64,000 nt of DNA from Macrostomum hystrix (lineage: Eukaryota > Animalia > Platyhelminthes), in assembly GCA_950097015.1 (NCBI GenBank), contig CATNEN010000025.1, forward strand, positions 6,200,001 through 6,264,000. The letters run 5' to 3'. Below, one piece after another: positions 1 through 11,855 of this stretch. Made by a program: the position numbers and the translations under genes. The notes below the pieces were generated by a model, which was given only the letters and a program-made list of their open reading frames with translations, searched no databases and had not been told where the DNA came from. Every line of letters begins with the position of its first letter. Position 1 is the stretch's first letter.

Positions 1-653
1 TAGAAAAAATGGAATAATGAGATCACAGCCGCGATCGCAAATCCAGTAAAATAAATGGGCGCGCGTGCATGCGTTCCTTCTCAGACTAAGGTGCTGCTCT
101 CTCGAAATATTGTATTTCTCTCTCCCGTCCTCTTCTCCATATTTCTGACTGTCTATATTAGCCTTCTTTGATGTTTGCCGACATTCGGCTTCGCTCACAC
201 TTACCCCTCTCTGTCCTCTCTCTCTCTCTCTCCCTCTCTCCCTCTCTTTCTGGTTAATTTCTCTGTTCATGAAAAGGCAAATTGATTCCTAGGTTGTGTT
301 TTTCCAACGTCAAGTAAAATTGTTTCAATTTATATAGTCAAAAATTTCAAGCATGGAATATTTTCAACAGATTTCAGTGACTATTTTTCTAGTATGGAGC
401 GAGAGACTGCGATGCACTCACTGAAAAAACACGCATGCTTTCAAATACAAGTCAGCCTTCTCGAGGTGAGGGCCCAAGAGGTTTAGAAGATCAAACAGTG
501 CCGCCGCCGTTTCGTGTCGTGTGCAGCCCAGACTCAGCACTTCGAACCATCCACCCCACCCCAGGATTGCTACGGATTACCCAAGCCTGTGTCTGAGGTC
601 TCCGAGAAAGTCTCCTTATATCCATTGCTGCAGCTTCTAGATAAGACAACTTT

Positions 654-895
654 TGAAGATTCTGAAGGTCTTGACTGAAGATTCTGAAGGTCTTGACTGA
701 AGATTCTGAAGGTCTTGACTGAAGATTCTGAAGGTCTTGACTGAAGATTCTGAAGGTCTTGACTGAAGATTCTGAAGGTCTTGACTGAAGATTCTGAAGG
801 TCTTGACTGAAGATTCTGAAGGTCTTGACTGAAGATTCTGAAGGTCTTGACTGAAGATTCTGAAGGTCTTGACTGAAGATTCTGAAGGTCTTGAC
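654..895. repeat. 22-bp minisatellite (TGAAGATTCTGAAGGTCTTGAC) x11, followed by (TTGAC)n
   Basis: Perfect tandem copies read directly; the last 5 bp of the unit continue as a short TTGAC run to about 910. Confidence 0.97.
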
Positions 896-925
896 TTGAC
901 TTGACTTGACTGGTCTTGTCTTTCA

Positions 926-1384
926 GACATGAGGAAGGTTTCGACATGAGGAAGGTTTCGACATGAGGAAGGTTTCGACATGAGGAAGGTTTCGACATGA
1001 GGAAGGTTTCGACATGAGGAAGGTTTCGACATGAGGAAGGTTTCGACATGAGGAAGGTTTCGACATGAGGAAGGTTTCGACATGAGGAAGGTTTCGACAT
1101 GAGGAAGGTTTCGACATGAGGAAGGTTTCGACATGAGGAAGGTTTCGACATGAGGAAGGTTTCGACATGAGGAAGGTTTCGACATGAGGAAGGTTTCGAC
1201 ATGAGGAAGGTTTCGACATGAGGAAGGTTTCGACATGAGGAAGGTTTCGACATGAGGAAGGTTTCGACATGAGGAAGGTTTCGACATGAGGAAGGTTTCG
1301 ACATGAGGAAGGTTTCGACATGAGGAAGGTTTCGACATGAGGAAGGTTTCGACATTAGGAAAGTTTCGACATAATGGTTTCGAC
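926..1384. repeat. 17-bp minisatellite (GACATGAGGAAGGTTTC), about 27 copies
   Basis: About 25 perfect units plus 2 degenerate terminal units; explains the repetitive minus-strand ORFs at 570-1398. Confidence 0.97.
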
Positions 1385-1892
1385 TTTCTCAGCTGCAAAA
1401 AGAATGCAGAAAGAAATGAGTTAAAGCAGCACGGGTTTAAATGCTAATCGAAAAAAGTACGTGAGAAAGTTCAGCACAATGCTATAGGAAACAGGAAAGT
1501 CATGCAGGCGGCAGAGGAAAGCAATGGGAGGGAGCAGCTCTGGCGTTGCGGGCAGATTAAAAGGCAGCAAAACACTGCTTTCTCTTTTCTTCATAAGCGT
1601 CGCGGGTGGGTCTGGAACGTGTAATCCAAGCAGGCTGCTGTAGCTGACGAGAGTGTGTCAGATCTGCCAGAAAATGAACCCTGTCCCCTTCAATTCACTA
1701 TTTCTCTGCGGCCAATGCGAAGGAAAATAAGAAAACAGTTTACTGCAGGACACATGGCATGGAAAACAAGTTGCATGCTAACAATCATTGAATCGGAAGG
1801 AATCAAGCTCTGCCAGAATTGTATCGATTTTTGTAAGCTCGTTTGAACATATTTCTTAATTACAGCTCGCATTTTAAATCCGACCCAAACTG

Positions 1893-3400
1893 ACGATAAA
1901 CCCAAACTCACGATAAACCCAAACTCTCGATAAGCCCTAACTCACAATAAACCCTAACTCACAATAAACCCTAACTCTCGATAAGCCCTAACTCTAATCA
2001 GTTTGATAAACCCTAACTCACGATAAACCCTAACTCACAATAAACCCTAACTCCCGATAAACCCTAACTCCCAATAAACCCTAACTCACAATAAACCCTA
2101 ACTCCCGATAAACCCTAACTCCCAATAAACCCTAACTCACAATAAACCCTAACTCCCGATAAACCCTAACTCACAATAAACCCTAACTCCCGATAAACCC
2201 TAACTCCCAATAAACCCTAACTCACAATAAACCCTAACTCCCGATAAACCCTAACTCCCAATAAACCCTAACTCACAATAAACCCTAACTCACGATAAAC
2301 CCTAACTCACAATAAACCCTAACTCACAATAAACCCTAACTCCCGATAAACCCTAACTCCCAATAAACCCTAACTCCCGATAAACCCTAACTCCCAATAA
2401 ACCCTAACTCAAATAAACCCTAACTCACGATAAACCCTAACTCACAATAAACCCTAACTCACGATAAACGCGAACTCTAATCAGTTTGATAAACCCTAAC
2501 TCACGATAAACCCTAACTCACAATAAACCCTAACTCACGACAAACCCTAACTCACGATAAACCCTAACTCACGATAAACCCGAACTCTAATCAGTTTGAT
2601 AAACCCTAACTCACAATAAACCCTAACTCACGATAAACACTAACTCATGATAAACCCTAACTCACGATAAACCCTAACTCACGATAAACCTGAACTCTAA
2701 TCAGTTTGATAAACCCTAACTCACGATAAACCCTAACTCCCGATAAACCCTAACTCACGATAAACCCTAACTCACGTTAAACCCTAACTCCCGATAAACC
2801 CTAACTCGAATCATTTTGATAAACCCTAACTCACGATAAACACTAACTCTCGATAAACCCTAACTCTCGATAAACCCTAACTCGAATCATTTTGATAAAC
2901 CCTAACTCACGATAGACACTAACTCTCGATAAGCCCTAACTCACGATAAACCCTAACTCTCGATAAACCCTAACTCTAATTAGTTAGATAAACCCTAACT
3001 CACGATAAACCCAAACTCTCGACAAGCCCTAACTCACGATAAACTTTAACTCACGATAAACCCTAACTCACGATAAACCCTAACTCACGATAAACCCGAA
3101 CTCTAATCAGTTTGATAAACCCTAACTCTCGATAAGCCCTAACTCTCGATAAACCCTAACTCACGATAAACCCTAACTCACGATAAACCCTATCTCACGA
3201 TAAACCCTAACTCACGATAAACCCTAACTCACGATAAACACTAACTCTCGATAAGCCCTAACTCTCGATAAACCCTAACTCTAATCAGTTAGATAAACCC
3301 TAACTCACGATAAACCCTAACTCTCGACAAGCCCTAACTCACGATAAACCCTAACTCACGATAAACCCTAACTCACGATAAACCCTAACTCACGAGAAAC
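1893..3400. repeat. 17-bp minisatellite (GATAAACCCTAACTCAC) carrying one CCCTAA per unit
   Basis: Tandem units with variants (ctcac/ctccc/ctctc) and an interspersed longer ctctaatcagttt variant. Confidence 0.96.
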
Positions 3401-4860
3401 TGAAACTTTTGATCAAACCAAACGCTTTTATCGATCCTACATTTGTTATTTTAACCGATGTTAACTGCAGCTAAGGTGCCAATTGCTTTTTGTATTTCAT
3501 TTACGGAAATCGAAAAAAAACTCAAATAACCTAAAGATATTCGATTCTCTCAAAATATGATCGCGATGAAACACTTGGCCGGCATCCCTGCTAACAATGA
3601 GTAACTTGAACCCCCAATGCATTGATACAGGTGCTACAAAAGCGACACTGGCGGAATTCACACTTCTCACAATGCCTGATGCCCAACTTTTCGACCTCAA
3701 AGGGATCAGGTTCATGCACCACATGAGCTGTGCTCAATTTACCGCGCTTGAGTGAGTCGGTGTATTTTGCTGCTCCCTTTTTTCGTTTTAACTTTTTTCT
3801 CTCTTTCTCAATCACTGGCTATACCTGTGAACTGGCAGCCTATCTCTCAACCTCATCATTAGTAGCCGCTCGACCCTGCATCGCAAATTGATCTACCTGG
3901 GCTTCCGATGAATGGGAAACAGGACACCAACTGTAGCTATCCACCCCCTATTTCTTTGCTTCTTTTGTCGGTCTGTCATTTTTTATCGCTAAAGGGTTGA
4001 ACAAACGAATTGTTTGTTACCTGCTTGTTACCTGCTTGTTAAACCTTTTCCAGTTAATAAAAAAACTGAAGATCAGCTTAGTTGAAGCACGAGAACAGAC
4101 GTTCCGGTGTTGAATAGTTAAAACAAAAAGTTGTTCGGATTTGGGTAAAAAACTCATCCTACATCCACATTTGAGTAGGCACAATGCTCACACAGGGTGG
4201 CTTGTTCTCTCTCTGTCTCGTCAAAATTATTTAAATATTTAAACTATCGATTTCAAAGGACGTTTCGTTACTTTTCTATGAAATTTCTAATAATCTGATA
4301 TGCGAAGAAAATTCAAATTTCCCTTTGATCCTTACATTGGAATTGCTATGAAAAAACTGAGCAACTAAAAATATGCCGAACAGCCAGCAGACAATTTGGA
4401 AGCATTCAACCGAAAATATTGGCTTTGCTGTGGAATTTTCCTGTTTTAACTGTGGAGTTCTCTTTGAATATGGGGGAAGTGGAACTTTGCGATTCAACAA
4501 AGCAACAACAACAGCTTTGGTTAGGATTGAGAAGCTTCTGTGAGGCGTTTAACAGCTGATCAGCTGATCAGAGAGAAGAGAATGAGGCAGATGTTTTGCT
4601 GACCTGGCTTTAGGTAGCCAAGCAACCAATTCTGCAAATTTTCAGTCGTCTATTGGAAATTTTCGGACAGGTGTTTCCGATTTTTCCGCCATATTTGGTA
4701 TGAATTTGGTGGCCCACAATCGAATCCTATTTCTACTGCGCGGGTTGACCCAGTCTTCTAATTAGATCGATAATTTGATTTAATCATTTATTAGTCTGTT
4801 TAGAACCTTGGCAACCTGATATGGAGGTGGACTTAGAGTTATCAGAACTTAATTCAAGAG

Positions 4861-5981
4861 TTAGAAGCTATTAGTTGTCAGCCTAATAGAGGGAGGTGTG
4901 AGCAGTTTAACAGAAGGAACAGAGGGAGGTGTCAGTAGTTTAACAGAATGAATTGAGGGAGGTGTCAGCAGTTTAACAGAATGAATTGAGGGAGGTGTCA
5001 GCAGTTTAACAGAATGAATTGAGGGAGGTGTCAGCAGTTTAACAGAATGAATTGAGGGAGGTGTCAGCAGTTTAACAGAATGAATTGAGGGAGGTGTCAG
5101 CAGTTTAACAGAATGTATTGAGGTAGGTGTCAGCAGTTTAACAGAATGAATTGATGGAGGTGTCAGTAGTTTAACAGAATGAATTGAGGGAGGTGTCAGC
5201 AGTTTAACAGAATGAATTGAGGGAGGTGTCAGCAGTTTAACAGAATGAATTGAGGGAGGTGTCAGCAGTTTAACAGAATGAATTGAGGGAGGTGTCAGTA
5301 GTTTAACAGAATGAATTGAGGGAGGTGTCAGCAGTTTAACAGAAGGAACAGAGGGAGGTGTCAGTAGTTTAACAGAATGAATTGAGGGAGGTGTCAGTAG
5401 TTTAACAGAATGAATTGAGGGAGGTGTCAGTAGTTTAACAGAATGAATTGAGGGAGGTGTCAGTAGTTTAACAGAATGAATTGAGGGAGGTGTCAGTAGT
5501 TTAACAGAATGAATTGAGGGAGCTGTCAACAGTTTAACAGAATGAATTGAGGGAGGTGTCAGCAGTTTAACATAATGAATTGAGGGAGGTGTCAACAGTT
5601 TAACAGAATGAATTGAGGGAGGTGTCAGCAGTTTAACAGAATGAATTGAGGGAGGTGTCAGCAGTTTAACAGAATGAATTGAGGGAGGTGTCAGTAGTTT
5701 AACAGAATAAATTGAGGGAGGTGTCAGCAGTTTAACAGAATGAATTGAGGGAGGTGTCAGCAGTTTAACAGAATGAATTGAGGGAGGTGTCAGCAGTTTA
5801 ACAGAATGAATTGAGGGAGGTGTCAGCAGTTTAACAGAATGAATTGAGGGAGGTGTCAGCAGTTTAACAGAATGAATTGAGGGAGGTGTCAACTCACCAC
5901 CTGCACCACTTTGCGCCGAGTTGCCGCATTCGCGCAAGATTTTCTCTGATCGAGCAGCACCATCATTTCCCGGAATCTTGC
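4861..5981 (-). CDS. Putative exon of an unknown minus-strand gene: either 84 nt (5898-5981, GTGAGT donor) or extended through the 33-bp array as an 11-aa repeat terminal exon
   Basis: Acceptor gactag at 5982; phase-1 frame reads GKIPGNDGAARSEKILRECGNSAQSGAG and stays open through the array to TAA at 4861; GTGAGT donor at 5897. No recognisable homology. Confidence 0.4.
4886..5893. repeat. 33-bp minisatellite (GAGGGAGGTGTCAGCAGTTTAACAGAATGAATT), about 30 copies
   Basis: Indel-free tandem units; the minus frame is open as (TPPSIHSVKLL)n. Confidence 0.97.
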
Positions 5982-6085
5982 CTAGTCAACAATGTTATTG
6001 GTCTGAAATAATCAATAATCATGGCTCCAGAAAACTGAACTGAAAATTAGATAGGAAAATTACCTAATAGACAACATTTGCTTAC

Positions 6086-6136
6086 CGAAGGGGAAATCTG
6101 GTTGAAAGCGTTCCAGAACATGAATGGACGAACAAA
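6086..6136 (-). CDS. Putative 51-nt internal exon upstream of the 5981 exon
   Basis: ggtctttag acceptor and GTAAGC donor; phase-1 frame CSSIHVLERFQPDFPF joins in frame to GKIPGND... (phase 0 is also open). Confidence 0.35.
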
Positions 6137-6844
6137 CTAAAGACCACAATAATACTTATTATCTTTATATATCAGGCGTTTGACCCTCTCCTTGTTCAGC
6201 CCTATGAGTTTGTTGTTGGGTTAGCAGCAGTTGGCTGTGGGGGGGTTGGCTGTGCTGGCCTGGCGACGCGGACCAATGAGATTCGGCCGGGTAGCTGAGA
6301 CAGACGAATAATACTCGTATTTTTCGCTCGCCAATCAGTCTACTGTTGGGAAGTAGCATTTTGCGCATATGCCACCAACTACGCTCGTACTATAACTGTA
6401 CTAATCCTTATCGCGCTTTGATTCGAAAAAAAACGTAAGAAAATCTCTACATGAATCGCTTTGTTCTGGCCGAAGTTGCAAATAATGTAAATAAACTTCT
6501 CAACGAGTGTTCTATCCTCGTTTTCTACTTAGGATGAAGCTTTGTTTCAACTAGCGCGCTTTGCGCTGTATTATATTTGCTACAAGACAGTGTTTAGATT
6601 GATAATTTATTTCTTTTTGATGTGCCGCCAAAGCTGCAAACGAAATGCAAAATAAGCTGCCCATTTTTACATTGCGCAATTCGCGCAAGCAAAAGTTGCT
6701 AGATTGAAGAGAACAGCCCAAAATTCGTTCATGCTTGTTAAGCAAATGAATCGGCAACATACGTCCCTAAGCTCACAAACACTTAGGGACGGGATTCTCT
6801 TTAAACCTGGGAAAATCGGACTTTTCATTGCCCTTTATTTCACT

Positions 6845-8090
6845 CCTCTCCCCTTCTGATCTTCTCCCCTTCCCATCTTCTCTCCTTCCCATCTTCTCCC
6901 CTTCCCATCTTCTCTCCTTCCCATCTTCTCCCCTTCCCATCTTCTCCCCTTCCGATCTTCTCCCCTTCCGATCTTCTTCCCTTCCTATCTTCTCCCCTTC
7001 CCATCTTCTCCCCTTCCGATCTTCTCCCCTTCCGATCTTATTCCCTTCCTATCTTCTCCCCTTCCCATCTTCTCCCCTTCCCATTTTCTCCCCTTCCGAT
7101 CTTCTCCCCTTCCGATCTTCTTCCCTTCCGATCTTCTCCCCTTCCCATCTTCTCCCCTTCCCATCTTCTCCCCTTCCCATCTTCTCCCCTTCCGATCTTC
7201 TCCCCTTCCTATCTTCTCCCCTTCCTATCTTCTCCCCTTCCCATCTTCTCCCCTTCCCATTTTCTCCCCTTCCGATCTTCCTCCCTTCCGATCTTCTCCC
7301 CTTCCCATCTTCTCCCCTTCCCATCTTCTCTCCTTCCCATCTTCTCTCCTTCCCATCTTCTCCCCTTCCCATCTTCTCTCCTTCCCATCTTCTCCCCTTC
7401 CCATCTTCTCCCCTTCCGATCTTCTCCCCTTCCGATCTTCTTCCCTTCCTATCTTCTCCCCTTCCCATCTTCTCCCCTTCCGATCTTCTCCCCTTCCGAT
7501 CTTATTCCCTTCCTATCTTCTCCCCTTCCCATCTTCTCCCCTTCCCATTTTCTCCCCTTCCGATCTTCTCCCCTTCCGATCTTCCTCCCTTCCGATCTTC
7601 TCCCCTTCCCATCTTCTCCCCTTCCCATCTTCTCCCCTTCCCATCTTCTCCCCTTCCGATCTTCTCCCCTTCCTATCTTCTCCCCTTCCTATCTTCTCCC
7701 CTTCCCATCTTCTCCCCTTCCCATTTTCTCCCCTTCCGATCTTCCTCCCTTCCGATCTTCTCCCCTTCCCATCTTCTCCCCTTCCCATCTTCTCTCCTTC
7801 CCATCTTCTCCCCTTCCCATCTTCTCTCCTTCCCATCTTCTCCCCTTCCCATTTTCTCCCCTTCCGATCTTCCTCCCTTCCGATCTTCTCCCCTTCCCAT
7901 CTTCTCCCCTTCCCATCTTCTCTCCTTCCCATCTTCTCCCCTTCCCATCTTCTCCCATTCCCATCTTCCCCCCTTCCCATCTTCTCCCCTTCTCATCTTC
8001 TCCCATTGCTATCTTCTCCCCTTACCATCTTATCCCATTCTCATCTTCTCTGATTCCCATTTTTCCTTCCCCATTTTCCCCGCTTCCCAT
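6845..8090. repeat. 16-bp polypyrimidine minisatellite (CTTCTCCCCTTCCCAT / CCGAT variants)
   Basis: Tandem, almost purely C/T on +; the ORFs here are repeat artefacts. Confidence 0.96.
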
Positions 8091-8254
8091 ATTCTCTTGT
8101 CTTAAAAGTATAAAATGGAAGAACTAGTTGTAGGAAGCTGCGTGCCTCGCATGTCTCGCAAATGGGTCAACTCAACAATAATGGCGGTCGACCCAAAATT
8201 CGTGGATAAAAGAAATGCCAGAATGCTGCTGGTGTCTGGCTTCTAGATTAAATT

Positions 8255-8367
8255 GTCTCGCGAGTCGCGAAATTCAGCGCGAAAAATGCAATCCGATACG
8301 CGACAAAGCCAGGCCCACCGTACAATAAAAAACGGAGATCAAAGAAGCGATAAGATAAGATGGCGGC
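8255..8367 (+). promoter_or_regulatory. Candidate CpG-type promoter motif cluster (TCTCGCGAG, E2F-like GCGCGAAAA, YY1-like AAGATGGCGGC)
   Basis: Motif matches by eye at about 8256, 8277 and 8357; no transcript evidence. Confidence 0.3.
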
Positions 8368-8534
8368 GGTCTTTTGATGTTGATGAAAACTGTCGGCGCC
8401 TACTTTGACTGATAAAATTATAAATACGAGCAAATAACACTGCAGGATCAATATGATCTACGTAATAGACTAATCCTTTAGCTGAAGTAAATTATACTCT
8501 CAATTCAGTGCTTTTCGAAAAGTGAACCCTCGAT

Positions 8535-10030
8535 GATAATGCTGAGAATCATTCAAGTGAAACAGAGAATCACTCTTCAGGTGACACGGTGTATCACTCC
8601 TCAGGTGACACTGATAATCACTCTTCAGGTGACACTGAGAATCACTCTTCAGGTGACACTGAGAATCACTCCTCAGGTGACACGGAGAATCACTCCTTAG
8701 GTGACACTGAGAATCACTCTTCAGGTGACACGGCGAATCACTCCTCAGGTGACACTGAGAATCACTCTTCAGGTGACACTGAGAATCACTCTTCAGGTGA
8801 CACTGAGAATCACTCTGAAGGTTACTGAGAATCACTCTAAGGGTGACTGAGAATCACTCTTCAGGTGACACGGCGAATCACTCCTCAGGTGACAGGTAGA
8901 ATCACTCTTCTGGTGACACTGAGAATCACTCTTCAGGTGACACGGCGAATCACTCCTCAGGTGACAGGTAGAATCACTCCTCGGGTGACACTGAGAATCA
9001 CTCCTCAGGTGACAGGTGGAATCACTCCTCAGGTGACACGGAGAATCACTCTTCAGGTGACACGGAGAATCACTCTTCAGGTGACAAGGCGAATCACTCC
9101 TCAGGTGACACTGAGAATCACTCCTCAGGTGACAGGTAGAATCACTCTTCAGGTGACACTGAGAATCACTCTTCAGGTGACACTGAGAATCACTCTTCAG
9201 GTGACACGGCGAATCACTCCTCAGGTGACAGGTAGAATCACTCCTCGGGTGACACTGAGAATCACTCCTCAGGTGACAGGTGGAATCACTCCTCAGGTGA
9301 CACGGAGAATCACTCTTCAGGTGACACGGAGAATCACTCTTCAGGTGACAAGGCGAATCACTCCTCAGGTGACACTGAGAATCACTCCTCAGGTGACACT
9401 GAGAATCACTCTTCAGGTGACACTGAGAATCACTCTTCAGGTGACACTGAGAATCACTCTTCAGGTGACACGGCGAATCACTCCTCAGGTGACACGGCGA
9501 ATCACTCCTCAGGTGACACTGAGAATCACTCCTCAGGTGACAGGTGGAATCACTCCTCAGGTGACACGGAGAATCACTCTTCAGGTGACAAGGCGAATCA
9601 CTCCTCAGGTGACACTGAGAATCACTCCTCAGGTGACACTGAGAATCACTCTGAAGGTTACTGAGAATCACTCTAAGGGTGACTGAGAATCACTCTAAGG
9701 GTGACTGAGAATCACTCTTCAGGTGACACTGAGAATCACTCCTCAGTGGACACGGAGAATCACTCTTCAGGTGACACGGAGAATCACTCCTCAGGTGACA
9801 GGTAGAATCACTCCTCAGGTGACACGGAGAATCACTCCTCAGGTGACACGGAGAATCACTCTTCAGGTGACACGGAGAATCACTCCTCAGGTGACAGGTA
9901 GAATCACTCCTCAGGTGACACGGAGAATCACTCCTCAGGTGACACGGAGAATCACTCCTCAGGTGACACGGAGAATCACTCTTCAGGTGACACAGAGAAT
10001 CACTCCTCAGGTGACACGAAGAATGACTCC
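8535..10030. repeat. 24-bp minisatellite (GAGAATCACTCTTCAGGTGACACT), array 1
   Basis: Tandem units with substitutions and occasional 22-bp units; + frame reads (ENHSSGDT)n. Confidence 0.96.
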
Positions 10031-10940
10031 CCAGACAATATCGAAAATCCCCGCCATAGGATCTTTTGGACAGTTTTTGGATCTGGTGGTCACTTCTGGG
10101 ATCTGCTTCACTGTCTCGGGTGTGTCAGAATTTACTATTTTGACTTAACTCAGCTTTGTTTAGAATGCTACTTGCAGTAGGGTCAAATGTATAATTCAAA
10201 GGTTATATTCTGGTAGTTAGCAATGACCTTTCTGTGAAAAATCCGAGTTTGGAATCCCTCTCTCGCTTTCAGAAAGGTCGCTTTCACCTGTCCCATATTG
10301 AGGCACAATGTCCCTTATATGGCCTTCGCAGTATCGTCGCTATCCCATCATTTAGCTTCAGTTTAAAGCACAGGACTCTATTTTTTTAAATTCCTATAAT
10401 GGCCAAAGGAAAGCGCAAAGGTTGAAATAAAAAAATATTTTTCGAAAATGGAACTGTAATCAAGAGTGTTCAGCATTGTCTAACAACCCTTTAGCTAGCT
10501 AGGGACTTTTCGTCACAAAAGTTTAAATGAGAATTTGAAAGTGCTAAATTTCCCAGCATCCGTATGCCTCCGAGCTTCAAAACATCTAACTACACAAAAA
10601 AGTGTCTGGAACGGCAGCAACGACAGTAATTGAAGGAAATTCAGGGCCTCGACAACGCCACCTGAGCACTCTTTCATCGGACATTTCTTACTTTTTTGGA
10701 CAATTCCCAGGCTGAAAGTCAGTCAGGCTGGCGTGTTTTTTCTCCACTTATGACCTTCTATGAAATCCATGAAAATTACATTCGCCACTATTTTGTTTCT
10801 GGTCTTTTTGACCTTTTTGGATATAGATATGGGTTAAAACAACTCGTTTACAAGCAATACTATTGGAATCAGAGTAATCGATAATAGAGAAGGTAGCAGT
10901 GCCACTTAGTCCTCATGTGACACTCACATTCACTCCCAGT

Positions 10941-11855
10941 TGACTGAGAATCACTTAACAAGCGACTGGGAATCACTACTCAGGTGACACTGAGAATCAC
11001 TCATCAGGTGATACTGAGAATCACTCTGAAGGTGACACTGAGAATCACTCCACAGTTGACTGAGAATCACTCTGAAGGTGACACTGAGAATCACTCTGAT
11101 GGTGACACTGAGAACCGCTCTTCAGGTGATACTGAGAATCACTCTTCAGGTGACAGGTAGAATCACTCCTCAGGTGACACTGAGAATCACTCTTCAGGTG
11201 ACACTGAGAATCACTCCTCGGGTGACACTGAGAATCACTCTTCAGGTGACACTGAGAATCACTCCTCAGGTGACACTGAGAATCACTCCTCAGGTGACAC
11301 TGAGAATCACTCCTCAGTTGACTGAGAATCACTCTTCAGGTGACACTGAAAACCGCTCTTCAGGTGACACGGAGAATCACTCTTCAGGTGACACTGAGAA
11401 TCACTCTGAAGGTGACCGAGAATCACTCTTCAAGTGACTGAGAATCACTCCTCAGGTGACACTGAGAATCACTCCTCAGTTGACTGAGAATCACTCTTCA
11501 GGTGACACTGAAAACCGCTCTTCAGGTGACACGGAGAATCACTCTTCAGGTGACACTGAGAATCACTCTGAAGGTGACCGAGAATCACTCTTCAAGTGAC
11601 TGAGAATCACTCCTCAGGTGACACTGAGAATCACTCTTCAGGTGACACGGAGAATCACTCTGAAGGTGACTGAGAATCACTCTGAAGGTGAAACTGAGAA
11701 TCACTCCTCGGGTGACACTGAGAATCACTCCTTAACAGTTCGTGAGACTCGATCACTCTTCAGGCGATACTGAGAACCGCTCTTCAGGTGAGTCAGGTGT
11801 ATCTCACTCGGACCAAAGTGAGATTCTCTACTCTGGTAGCACTGAGAATCACTCA
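10941..11855. repeat. 24-bp minisatellite, same family, array 2
   Basis: Same unit as 8535-10030, separated by about 900 bp of unique DNA; degenerate right edge. Confidence 0.95.

Noticed and set aside
1893-3400. True telomere or chromosome end
   Set aside because: CCCTAA is interrupted every 17 bp, and unique DNA flanks both sides.
4590-4692. Start-like AATATGGCGG with frame MAEKSETPVRKFPIDD*KFAELVAWLPK (possible Sec/readthrough)
   Set aside because: Short, no homology, no SECIS evidence; chance cannot be excluded.
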